A DNA stretch of 64,000 nucleotides from a virus (lineage: Duplodnaviria; Caudoviricetes). Under the pieces are notes generated by a model. It worked only from the letters and a program-made list of their open reading frames with translations, did not search any database and had not been told where the DNA came from. The stretch covers positions 1 through 64,000 of the IMG/VR virus record IMGVR_UViG_2974767555_000001, one strand, 5' to 3'. A program made the position numbers and the translations under genes. Below, in pieces: positions 36,965-44,803 of the stretch. The number at the start of each line of letters is the position of its first letter. Within the stretch, counting starts at the first letter, position 1.

Positions 36965-37465
36965 ATGAACCCGACCGATACCGACAACTACGAGTTCGCC
37001 GTCTACGGGGAGGTGTACAACACCACGTCGGAAACGTGGGCCGAGCATGGCCTGGGCTGGTACGGCCCGGGGGTCGATGGTCAGCCACCGTGGGGGGTGC
37101 TTGAGCAGTACAGGATCTGGAAGGAAGCCGCCGACTCCAACCCGGGCATGGTGCGCAACCTGACCATCAGGTACTACCCCACACCAACCTGGACACCGTT
37201 GGCCCCCAGCGACGTTGAGACGCTACCGTCAATTGAGGACTACTCGTTTACGGCCAGGATCGAGGCGTTTTACACCCCCCTCGACCCTCCGATCTGGCTG
37301 TGGGTCGGCGTCGTTTACGACGGGGCCGAAGGGGCAGCGGGGGCCGTGTCTGTCTTCGGGGGCTATTCCGAACTGCCGCACAACGATCCCACCACCCAGT
37401 ACCGGAACCTGACTCTGGCCTACGCCCCCCGGGTCACGTGGTCGGAGTGGGACCTGACCGAGTAG
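36965..37465 (+). CDS. Hypothetical protein with internal two-fold repeat
   Basis: GGAGGA RBS; two Y.F...RNLT..Y.P..TW halves. Confidence 0.7.
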   Translation: MNPTDTDNYEFAVYGEVYNTTSETWAEHGLGWYGPGVDGQPPWGVLEQYRIWKEAADSNPGMVRNLTIRYYPTPTWTPLAPSDVETLPSIEDYSFTARIEAFYTPLDPPIWLWVGVVYDGAEGAAGAVSVFGGYSELPHNDPTTQYRNLTLAYAPRVTWSEWDLTE

Positions 37466-37486
37466 GACGGCCCGACCTGGGATGTC

Positions 37487-37511
37487 GGCCCTCACCGTTA
37501 TGGTGGGGGCC
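37487..37511 (+). terminator. Terminator-like hairpin
   Basis: GGCCCTCACC-GTTAT-GGTGGGGGCC. Confidence 0.5.
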
Positions 37512-37522
37512 GTTCCCGAAGA

Positions 37523-37961
37523 TTATCAGGGGTTGATTCGATGATCGTCGCCGTTTCTCCAGGTAGGCAGCCGATCTGACAGCGCACACATGTTTCCGAT
37601 TACCGACACTCGTAGGGAGATGACGACTATGCCGACCACAGAGCATGGATCAGACGTCCAGCACTTGAGCCCTGAACACCGCGATCGTGCTTGGCGCGAT
37701 AGGTTCAACGCCCGGTGGCACTATGACTACGGCGGGTGGATTCGTACCAGGCCGCAGGATGAGGCGTCGACCTTCGCTTTGATCCCAACCAAACACTACG
37801 GACCGTTCACTGAGGATCACTCGTGTCCTGCCTGCCTGGTGGTACACCCACCTGAGGATTGCCCCGTCCTAAGTGGAAACACCGACATGTTGGTTGTTTT
37901 CGATTACGACACCTCGCCCAACAAGGCACAAGCGGATACAGCTGACGATGACCCCAGATAA
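37523..37961 (+). mobile_element. Mycobacteriophage mobile element, MPME1-sized (439 bp)
   Basis: 11-bp inverted ends TTATCAGGGGT (37523-37533) and ACCCCAGATAA (37951-37961); 439 bp span; single 123-aa ORF; lower GC than flanks. Confidence 0.92.
37590..37961 (+). CDS. MPME-encoded 123-aa protein
   Basis: MFPITDTRREMTTMPTTEHG... ; stop codon lies within the right inverted repeat. Confidence 0.88.
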   Translation: MFPITDTRREMTTMPTTEHGSDVQHLSPEHRDRAWRDRFNARWHYDYGGWIRTRPQDEASTFALIPTKHYGPFTEDHSCPACLVVHPPEDCPVLSGNTDMLVVFDYDTSPNKAQADTADDDPR

Positions 37962-38001
37962 CATTACTGCACACCAGGTTCTAACCGTTGTGCCTGGTCC
38001 G

Positions 38002-38062
38002 TTGCGTGCTCTGGTCTAGTGAGCTATAACTGACGAACCGGGGCAGGTACAAGACCAGCCCC
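38002..38062 (+). promoter_or_regulatory. Promoter-stem-loop cassette, copy F
   Basis: TTGCGT-N17-TATAAC; hairpin 38040-38062; GAGAGGG RBS. Confidence 0.85.
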
Positions 38063-38082
38063 ACACCCTGAGAGGGAACATC

Positions 38083-39285
38083 ATGACGAACACCACCCCG
38101 CTGCCCCCCGTCCCCACCCGTACCCTGCGCGGTGCTGGGATTGAGCAGCTGGTCAACCTCCTGCAGCTCCAGCACCGGCACAAGATCGACGTGGTGGTGC
38201 CGGTGACCACCCTGGCCATGCGGAACGGGTTGCTGCAGTTCCCGATGCTCGACCCGGTGGTGGACGCCGAGGGCGTGACCAACGTGGCCGGTCAGTACCT
38301 GCGCACCGACACGGTGGACCAGCAACTGGCCAGCCTGTTCGACATCCCGGTCCGGTACGTCAGGACCCTTGCCGCCGAGTACACCGAGCTGCTGGACACC
38401 AACATCAACATGTGGGCCGAGAAGGAAGCCGACCGCAACAAGCCGCGCCGGGTACTGGTGCGGATGCTGTACGGCGAGGACCCCGACGCCCCGGGCACCA
38501 GCGGCCTGGTCCGCGCGATCCTGTCCGACCGCTACGGCATCCGCGACAACCTCGACACGGTGATCAGCGTCCTGGACGGTATGCGCGAGGGGGGCCTTGG
38601 GGCAGACAACATCCGGGGCGCTGACCTGACCGACGACCGGCTGTGGTTGCGGGTCCACGCCCCCGAACTGTCAACGCACGCCGGGAATCTGGCCCGGGGG
38701 TACCGGTCGCCGTTCAACGGTAAGACCGCCGAGGAGCTGCCGCTGATCCACGCTGGCATCGTGGTCGAGAACAGCGAGACCGGTGGGGGTGCACTCAAGG
38801 TCACCCCGGAGCTGATCATGCAGGTGTGCAACAACGGCATGAAGATCAACACGGCAGCGATGCGTCGGGTCCACCTGGGCACCAAGCTGGATGAGGGCCA
38901 GATCGCTTGGAGCGCAGACACGGTGGACGCCGCCAACGAGCTGACCAAGCACCAGATCAAGGACGCCGTGAAGTCGTTCATGACGGTCGAGTTCGTGGAA
39001 TCGACTGTGGCCAAACTGAATGAGGCCGCTGGGGTGGAGGTCGAGGACCCGACCAAGACGGTCGAGGTGGTGGCCAAGAAGCTGAGCTACAGCGACGACG
39101 TGGCCAAGGGCATCCTGGGTCACTTCATGGCCAGCGTCGCCCCGACCGAGGAGGGCCTGAAGTACACGGCAGGCCACATGATGCACGCGGTCACCAGCTA
39201 CGCCCAGGTGATCGACAACGTGGACAAGGCCAACGAGGTTGGTGCCACTGGTGTTGAGGCCATGCTGATCGCGGCGGGCCGGTAA
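38083..39285 (+). CDS. DUF932-like phage/plasmid protein
   Basis: RAILSDRY...DN, GIVVENSETG, QVCNNGM motifs. Confidence 0.68.
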   Translation: MTNTTPLPPVPTRTLRGAGIEQLVNLLQLQHRHKIDVVVPVTTLAMRNGLLQFPMLDPVVDAEGVTNVAGQYLRTDTVDQQLASLFDIPVRYVRTLAAEYTELLDTNINMWAEKEADRNKPRRVLVRMLYGEDPDAPGTSGLVRAILSDRYGIRDNLDTVISVLDGMREGGLGADNIRGADLTDDRLWLRVHAPELSTHAGNLARGYRSPFNGKTAEELPLIHAGIVVENSETGGGALKVTPELIMQVCNNGMKINTAAMRRVHLGTKLDEGQIAWSADTVDAANELTKHQIKDAVKSFMTVEFVESTVAKLNEAAGVEVEDPTKTVEVVAKKLSYSDDVAKGILGHFMASVAPTEEGLKYTAGHMMHAVTSYAQVIDNVDKANEVGATGVEAMLIAAGR

Positions 39286-39305
39286 CCACCTACCCCCGAC
39301 AACAA

Positions 39306-39336
39306 CGAACCCCCCGGGTCTGACCCGGGGGGTTCG
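39306..39336. terminator. Bidirectional terminator between accessory region and integrase
   Basis: CGAACCCCCCGGGTC-T-GACCCGGGGGGTTCG between convergent genes. Confidence 0.8.
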
Positions 39337-39420
39337 CTCACCTTTACCCAACACCACCAGCGGGGGGTGCATGACTAGTGCTTGGCCGCTGACGTGTCGC
39401 CGCGATCATACCGCAGACCG

Positions 39421-40662
39421 TCATGTCTGGTACCTGCCTTCGCTGCTGCCGCTGGGGCACATGGTTTCCGAGATTGTCCCCCAGTACCTGCTGGGTCGGA
39501 GCAGGCGCGGGTTGCCAACCAGGTAGGCCAGCGCGGCCTCGTCACCCTCGGTCTGGTCGATCTGGCACGCATGGCGCGCGTAGTAGATCAGCTCCCGAGG
39601 CGTCCGGTCGCGGTACTCGAACTCAGGGTCGGCCTCCAACACGGCCAACACCAGCTGCTCATCAGGTGTGAACCAGTCGGTGATGGCACGGGCGACCGGG
39701 GGACTGAATCCGGTCAGGGCCAACACGATGGCCATAGCGGCCCCCATCATCCCCAACCGGCTTATACCCTCGTCAGTCTTAGCGGCTTGCATCGCGGCCC
39801 GTACCTCGCTGTCATCGACGGCGGTATAGCGCTCGGTCACGGCGACGTTGGCGTGCCCCAGTAGGGTCTGCACGGCGCGCAGGTTCCTCGTGCCGCGATA
39901 GGCCCGGGTCGCGAACCGGTGACGGAGGGTGTGCATCGTGTACCCGGCAGGCATTGCGGCAGCGACCAGCTTGCCCACCCAGCGGGGGGAGAGGTGACCG
40001 TCCTCGTCACCAGGGAACAGCCACCCCTCGACGCCGTAGGCGGCCATCTCTGGGGTGTGGCCCGGGGCACCAAGGGCGATAAGGTCGGCCAGGTCGTCAG
40101 TGATGGGGATGACCCGCTCCCGGTTTCCCTTCCCGTGTACCAGCAGCTGCGGGCCGTCAAACCCCTCGCGTAGGTCACGGGTGTGGACCTGGGCGACCTC
40201 GGCCCGACGTAGGCCCGCCTCTGCCGCTAGACGCATCATCAGCGCCACCCGGGGGCCAGCGGCCTGGAGGGCCTGACGCCACACCCGATCTGGGGCCGGT
40301 CGGGGGACTGGCCGGTCGGGCTTGACCGGGGGCAGGTCGGTGGCCGGGTTGGTCGTTAGGTGACCTGCCTTGTGTGCCCAACCGAAGAAACTTACCGCGC
40401 TGTTGCGGTATCCACGGCGCGTCTCGATGCGCCACTGGGTCTGCCCAGCAAACCACCGTCGGAGCTTTTCGGCAGTCAAATGGTTGGGGTCGGAGCAAAT
40501 CGACCGGGCCATTCGGCAGACATGTGACAGGCGTGTAGCTACGGTGCTTTCCGGGCGACCGGCTGCGCGCAATTCCAATGTGTAGCCGTCAATTAACGGC
40601 TGCCAGTGGGGCGGTACTGGTGACGGAGATGGGCCGCTTTTTTGACCCGAGCGGGTTGACAC
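39421..40662 (-). CDS. int: Tyrosine integrase fused in frame to a C-terminal hydrophobic segment and DUF732-like domain
   Basis: Catalytic R (GLRRAE), K (GKG), HxxR (HTLRH), H (LGH), Y (ERY); frame continues about 120 aa past RAAMQAA; start (GTG 40662 or 40680) uncertain. Confidence 0.88.
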   Translation of the reverse strand: MSTRSGQKSGPSPSPVPPHWQPLIDGYTLELRAAGRPESTVATRLSHVCRMARSICSDPNHLTAEKLRRWFAGQTQWRIETRRGYRNSAVSFFGWAHKAGHLTTNPATDLPPVKPDRPVPRPAPDRVWRQALQAAGPRVALMMRLAAEAGLRRAEVAQVHTRDLREGFDGPQLLVHGKGNRERVIPITDDLADLIALGAPGHTPEMAAYGVEGWLFPGDEDGHLSPRWVGKLVAAAMPAGYTMHTLRHRFATRAYRGTRNLRAVQTLLGHANVAVTERYTAVDDSEVRAAMQAAKTDEGISRLGMMGAAMAIVLALTGFSPPVARAITDWFTPDEQLVLAVLEADPEFEYRDRTPRELIYYARHACQIDQTEGDEAALAYLVGNPRLLRPSRYWGTISETMCPSGSSEGRYQT

Positions 40663-40796
40663 CTCAGCAAGATTAGGCACCACCGTAAGTACGGTTTTGG
40701 GTGAGCCGTGATCGTTATGTGATCGTGACCTGCCTATGCGTTTCGTTGGGCCGCAACTGGGTACGGCCATGCCTTCCGGAAGGGGTTGGGCGGCAG

Positions 40797-41177
40797 TCAC
40801 GCAACCGCTCCTCGTGTTTGCTGGTTGTCACCATCAACCAAGCGCAAGTGGTGTTGAGTCCCAAACCAGAAGGTTGGGGGTTCGAATCCCTCCGGGCGCA
40901 CTTTATTTGCCGTGTCGTCGTCGGGTGATGGTGGAACGAACTCCCCGATACCGGATTCCAGCCAGCTGACTGGCACCCCACACGCCAACGCCCAGGCGTT
41001 CAGTACGACCTTGCGTGGCCGTGTCACGCCCCGTTCAGCATTCGAGATGACGTGACGGGTAACACCCATCGCGTCGGCCAGCTCCTGCTGACTTAGACCC
41101 GCCTCCTCGCGGGCGATCCACAAGCGGTACTTCAGTCGGTTTGGGGGGATGAACCCCTTTTCGTATGCACTAGTCAT
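40797..41177 (-). CDS. Immunity repressor (XRE HTH) containing attP in its 3' end
   Basis: AGLSQQELADAMGVTRHVISNAERG; VRPEGFEPPTF is encoded by the attP core; ssrA-like end DNQQTRGAVA. Confidence 0.87.
   Translation of the reverse strand: MTSAYEKGFIPPNRLKYRLWIAREEAGLSQQELADAMGVTRHVISNAERGVTRPRKVVLNAWALACGVPVSWLESGIGEFVPPSPDDDTANKVRPEGFEPPTFWFGTQHHLRLVDGDNQQTRGAVA
40867..40901 (+). other. attP common core matching the 3' half of a tRNA-Arg(ACG)-type gene
   Basis: CAGAAGGTTGGGGGTTCGAATCCCTCCGGGCGCAC is a variable loop, T arm and acceptor 3' strand with no 5' half. Confidence 0.82.
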
Positions 41178-41184
41178 GTCGCGG

Positions 41185-41214
41185 ATCGTAACGCGCATGC
41201 GCCGCGCTTAGCAA
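41185..41214 (-). promoter_or_regulatory. Leaderless repressor promoter
   Basis: TTGCTA-N18-TACGAT, 7 bp upstream of ATG 41177. Confidence 0.65.
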
Positions 41215-41288
41215 TTGGCGGCTCAAAACAATTAAGTGCCGACAGCGGCACGCTCAGCAAACACGCGCAAAATCAACACCAAACGTAA

Positions 41289-41321
41289 AAAGGGCCATGG
41301 GTTACAAACCCACGGCCCTTT
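41289..41321. terminator. Terminator-like hairpin in the switch region
   Basis: AAAGGGCCATGGGTT-ACA-AACCCACGGCCCTTT (one mismatch) with A/T flanks. Confidence 0.6.
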
Positions 41322-41431
41322 ACTTTGTCCACATCAGCCGCCAAAAGCACTGGAATGTCACACTTGCGGGCCTATGCGAATATGCGTAATACTGCTGCGG
41401 TATGACCCGCACCACAGCAAAGGACCGACCA

Positions 41432-41839
41432 GTGATCAGGCCCCCGTACGAGCACCAGGGATGGCGTAACCCGTTGACGCCCCGGGCCAAGGACCGTCTG
41501 GCCGTCGTCTTGCTCCTGACCACCTGCCTGTTCCTGGGCGCGGTCTGGCACCTAGCGGGTCACGCCCACGCAGCACCCGCTGCCGTGGTCACCGTCGAGA
41601 TGTCGTGGACGGGGTGCGCTGACCTGACGGCACCCGACGCCCACGACCGCACGCAGGTCACCAGCGCGGTGATCTGTGAACCCCCTGCCGCAACCACGTA
41701 CCCGGTCGCCAACGGCGAGATGTACGGCGCGGCCCTGTTCTCACCCGGCGAGCTTGTCGTCTGCCGGGTGTCGGTCGGTGGCCAAGAGGTCGCCTTCCAG
41801 GCCGCGCTTGGCGCGGTCAATTGCCTGGCCCGCATGTAG
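41432..41839 (+). CDS. Exported or membrane protein (MmpS-like Ig fold suspected)
   Basis: AAAGGA RBS; hydrophobic segment ending AHA-AP; CRVSVGG...VNC. Confidence 0.6.
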   Translation: MIRPPYEHQGWRNPLTPRAKDRLAVVLLLTTCLFLGAVWHLAGHAHAAPAAVVTVEMSWTGCADLTAPDAHDRTQVTSAVICEPPAATTYPVANGEMYGAALFSPGELVVCRVSVGGQEVAFQAALGAVNCLARM

Positions 41840-41881
41840 CGGCCAGGTCTCACCTCACCCCAACACCAAGGAGTTCATTCC

Positions 41882-42274
41882 ATGAACAAGAAGGCCGTTG
41901 CTGCCGTCGTCGCCGTCCCGACCACGTTGGTCCTGATCGCCGGGACCGGCCTGGCCATCAGCGCCACCCGGGGACCGCAGCACAGCGATGCCGACAAGGC
42001 GTTCCTGTCGCTGCTCAATCACGAGGGCATCGACGTCAGCAGCGAGGACCGCGCCGACCAGATGATCGACAAGGGGCACAGCGTGTGCCAGTCGCTCGAC
42101 AACGGGGCCACCCTGCTGCAGCTGGGTATGGGCGCGATCGCCGACCCGTCACTGACGATGGAGCAGCACGGGACCGTGATCATCGCGGGGGTGTCATCGT
42201 ACTGCCCCGAGCATCTGGAATCCATTGCCGCACAGGCCAAGCAGCTGTCCTCACTGGGCGGGACCAACGCCTGA
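41882..42274 (+). CDS. DUF732-like exported protein
   Basis: N-terminal hydrophobic helix; DKAFLSLL...GHSVCQSLDNG...SSYCP. Confidence 0.75.
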   Translation: MNKKAVAAVVAVPTTLVLIAGTGLAISATRGPQHSDADKAFLSLLNHEGIDVSSEDRADQMIDKGHSVCQSLDNGATLLQLGMGAIADPSLTMEQHGTVIIAGVSSYCPEHLESIAAQAKQLSSLGGTNA

Positions 42275-42870
42275 TGGCCCGTCAGCTGGTCGTGGTGGAC
42301 GTGGAATCGACGGGTCTGATCCCGGGGTTCCACGTACCCCTGGAGGTCGCCGCCGTCAACCTGGACACGGGGGAGGAGCTGTCGTTCGTCCCCTGGGTCC
42401 ACCCCAGCCACATGGCCAAGGCCGATCCTGTTGCGCTGCAAATCAACCGGTACTACGAGCGCGGGGTGTTCAAGGACCGGTTGACCCTACAGCAGACGTT
42501 CGACCGGTACCGCCAGTTGTTCGACATGTTGGAGGGCAACACATTCGGCGGGGCCAACCCACGGTTTGACGCCGAGATGGTGCGGGTCGGCTACTCGATC
42601 TCCGTCAGCGTGACGCCGAAACCCTACGACCGACTGTCGCTACCGGACGAGACGTGGCAACACCGCCTGCAGGACGTGCAGGCGTACGCGGCAGGGGTGC
42701 TGGGGTTCGACCCCGCTGACCCCCCGTCGCTGGTCGATCTGCTGGAAGCGCTGGGGATCGACAACCGGGAACCGCACAGTGCGCTGTGGGACGCCCGCGC
42801 CACAGCAGAAGCATTCAAGCGCTTAAAAGCTAAGCGGGACAACATGTATGAGAAGGACGTGCCGTACTGA
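42274..42870 (+). CDS. DnaQ-like 3'-5' exonuclease
   Basis: VVVDVESTGL (ExoI), NPRFD (ExoII), HSALWDA (ExoIII). Confidence 0.85.
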   Translation: MARQLVVVDVESTGLIPGFHVPLEVAAVNLDTGEELSFVPWVHPSHMAKADPVALQINRYYERGVFKDRLTLQQTFDRYRQLFDMLEGNTFGGANPRFDAEMVRVGYSISVSVTPKPYDRLSLPDETWQHRLQDVQAYAAGVLGFDPADPPSLVDLLEALGIDNREPHSALWDARATAEAFKRLKAKRDNMYEKDVPY

Positions 42871-43232
42871 TGACCACCGTCAAGCCCAACATCCGCAAGA
42901 TGATCGACGCCGCTGTGGCCAAGGCCCAGGGGGAAACGCCAGCGCCCGACGAGGACCGGCCCGCGCGGGAACCCGCCACCCTGGCGGCGCTGACCCTGTT
43001 CTCGCTCCAGACCCAGAGCCACGTGTACGCCGGGACCGTACCCCCGGAGGTCGTGGCCAAGCGGCGCGCGCGGAACCGCAACGCCCGCCGTGCCCGTCGT
43101 GGCAACACCGCCGCGATCCGGCATCAGGCCCGGTCCAACCGGGTCGCCAACCGTCGCCCCCGGTTCGGGTACAGCCACAACCACGACCCGCTGGGCACCA
43201 AGGTCGTTGACGCCGAGGTGGTCGAGGACTGA
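42870..43232 (+). CDS. Hypothetical basic protein
   Basis: Coupled start; HVYAGTV...RRARNRNAR. Confidence 0.65.
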   Translation: MTTVKPNIRKMIDAAVAKAQGETPAPDEDRPAREPATLAALTLFSLQTQSHVYAGTVPPEVVAKRRARNRNARRARRGNTAAIRHQARSNRVANRRPRFGYSHNHDPLGTKVVDAEVVED

Positions 43233-43525
43233 TGAATCGACCGCTCAAGTCACCGGTGCTGACAGCGCTGCTGCTGGGTGTGACGTTCCTGGTCCTGGGT
43301 GGTCGGTTTGGAGAGGAGGGGTGCATCGCCGCTGGTGTGGCGGCGGTGTTCCTCGCCATCTTCTGGGCCGTACGTGAGGACCTGGAAAACCAACGGGCCG
43401 AACGTATCTCGGCGCGCGACATCGACGCCGCCGAGATGTGGGGCGCGTGCGGGAACAAGGGGTGCGTGACCTGCCGCCCTTGGTTCGACGCCGACAACAA
43501 CGTCATCCCGGGGTCGGAGCTATGA
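43232..43525 (+). CDS. Membrane protein
   Basis: Two hydrophobic segments. Confidence 0.6.
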   Translation: MNRPLKSPVLTALLLGVTFLVLGGRFGEEGCIAAGVAAVFLAIFWAVREDLENQRAERISARDIDAAEMWGACGNKGCVTCRPWFDADNNVIPGSEL

Positions 43526-44343
43526 CCGCCACGTGCCGTACCGAGAACTGCGACAACCCCCACGACGGGGGGCGCGGACTGTGCAAGAAGTGTTGGGCCG
43601 CACACAAGCGCAGGATGGTGGCCTACGGTCGCTGGGACCCCAACACCGTGGACCCGACCGCCGCGCTGCAGCATGTGGCACAGCTCCAGCAATGGGGTCT
43701 GGGATTCCGTCAGTTGGTCAAGCTGACCGGGTTGGGCCGCAGTACGTTCCAGCACCTGGACGAGGCCGAGTTCATCTTCCGCAGTACGGAGGCCGCGATC
43801 CTGGCGGTGCCGGTCCCGACATCGGTGTTCGACCCGATGCTGGCCGATGGCACCCAGATCAGCAGCTTGGGGTCACGCCGTCGTCTGCGCGCACTGGCCG
43901 CAATCGGGTGGGACGGGGAACGGGTGGCCGAAATGCTTGGGTGCCACCGTCACCAGATTCAGTCACTGACCAGTGGTCGTCAGCCCAAGGTCACTGTGGC
44001 CCGGGCGCGCAAGATCGCTGAGCTGTTCGCGCGTCTGGAGATGACCCCCGGCCCGAGCGGGAAGTCGCGGAACATCGCCCAACAGAAAGGCTGGCCAAAG
44101 CCTTTGCAATGGGACGAGGACGAGATTGACAACCCCGACGCTGTGGCCGTTGCAACCAAGGACAAGTTCGTCAAGGCCAGTGATCGGATCGCCGAGCTGT
44201 TCGAGCTGGGGGTGACCGACCCCAACCAGGTGGCCGAACGCCTTGGGATCAAGCCCGATTCGGTCAAGCGGGCCATCCAGCGCGCGGCTGAGGCCGACGC
44301 GGACGACGACGAGTCGGAGCGAGAGCTGGAGGTGGCGTCGTGA
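43522..44343 (+). CDS. Multi-HTH DNA-binding protein
   Basis: RGLCKKC, RRLRALAAIGW, PLQWDED, VAERLGIKPDSV. Confidence 0.7.
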   Translation: MTATCRTENCDNPHDGGRGLCKKCWAAHKRRMVAYGRWDPNTVDPTAALQHVAQLQQWGLGFRQLVKLTGLGRSTFQHLDEAEFIFRSTEAAILAVPVPTSVFDPMLADGTQISSLGSRRRLRALAAIGWDGERVAEMLGCHRHQIQSLTSGRQPKVTVARARKIAELFARLEMTPGPSGKSRNIAQQKGWPKPLQWDEDEIDNPDAVAVATKDKFVKASDRIAELFELGVTDPNQVAERLGIKPDSVKRAIQRAAEADADDDESERELEVAS

Positions 44344-44672
44344 AATTCCATGTGGGCCAACAGTTGATCCTTCACAACCGCCGTGGGACCGAGGACGTGA
44401 CGGTCTCGCGGGTGGGCCGCAAGTACGTGTACATCACGCAGTATGGGCGGGAGTGCAAGTTCCACGGCGACACCGGCCAAGAGGTGTCGGAGTACGGGTC
44501 ACCCGGTGTGCTGTACACCCCGGAGGAGTGGGCCAAAAGGGAGCGCCGCCTCACGCTTTTCAAGTCGCTCGACAAGCTGGGCATCGAGGTCAAGTACAGC
44601 CATCGCAGCCTGATGGGAACCGATGTGCTGGAACAGATTCTGGCCGCTGTGGTCCACGGGGGCCGGTCATGA
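44340..44672 (+). CDS. Hypothetical protein
   Basis: GTGA overlap; VSRVGRKYVY. Confidence 0.65.
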   Translation: MKFHVGQQLILHNRRGTEDVTVSRVGRKYVYITQYGRECKFHGDTGQEVSEYGSPGVLYTPEEWAKRERRLTLFKSLDKLGIEVKYSHRSLMGTDVLEQILAAVVHGGRS

Positions 44673-44803
44673 GGCCCCTGTTCTGGTTTGTGTGCATCAA
44701 CTGTGACGAGTTGTTCACCCACACCCACATCACGACCGTGTGCGGTCGGTGTGCCCGCAATCAGGGGACCCCTGAGTACGTCGGAACTGGAGGTGGAGAG
44801 TGA
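44669..44803 (+). CDS. Small Zn-finger protein
   Basis: CINC...CGRC; ATGA overlap. Confidence 0.5.
   Translation: MRPLFWFVCINCDELFTHTHITTVCGRCARNQGTPEYVGTGGGE

Noticed and set aside
39370-39381. 12-bp match (CATGACTAGTGC) to the repressor start region, and a 51-codon ORF from 39371
   Set aside because: 12-mer matches are expected by chance in 64 kb; the ORF is mostly antisense to the integrase extension and lacks a clear RBS
40867-40901. tRNA-like sequence with a TTCGAAT T loop
   Set aside because: Only the 3' half is present and there is no D arm; it is the attP core, not a tRNA gene
41236-41469. 77-aa ORF as a possible cro
   Set aside because: No HTH pattern or RBS, and it runs through a terminator-like hairpin
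42829-42836. Extra GCTAAGCG iteron-like word in the exonuclease gene
   Set aside because: Single copy in coding sequence; shows the word can occur by chance
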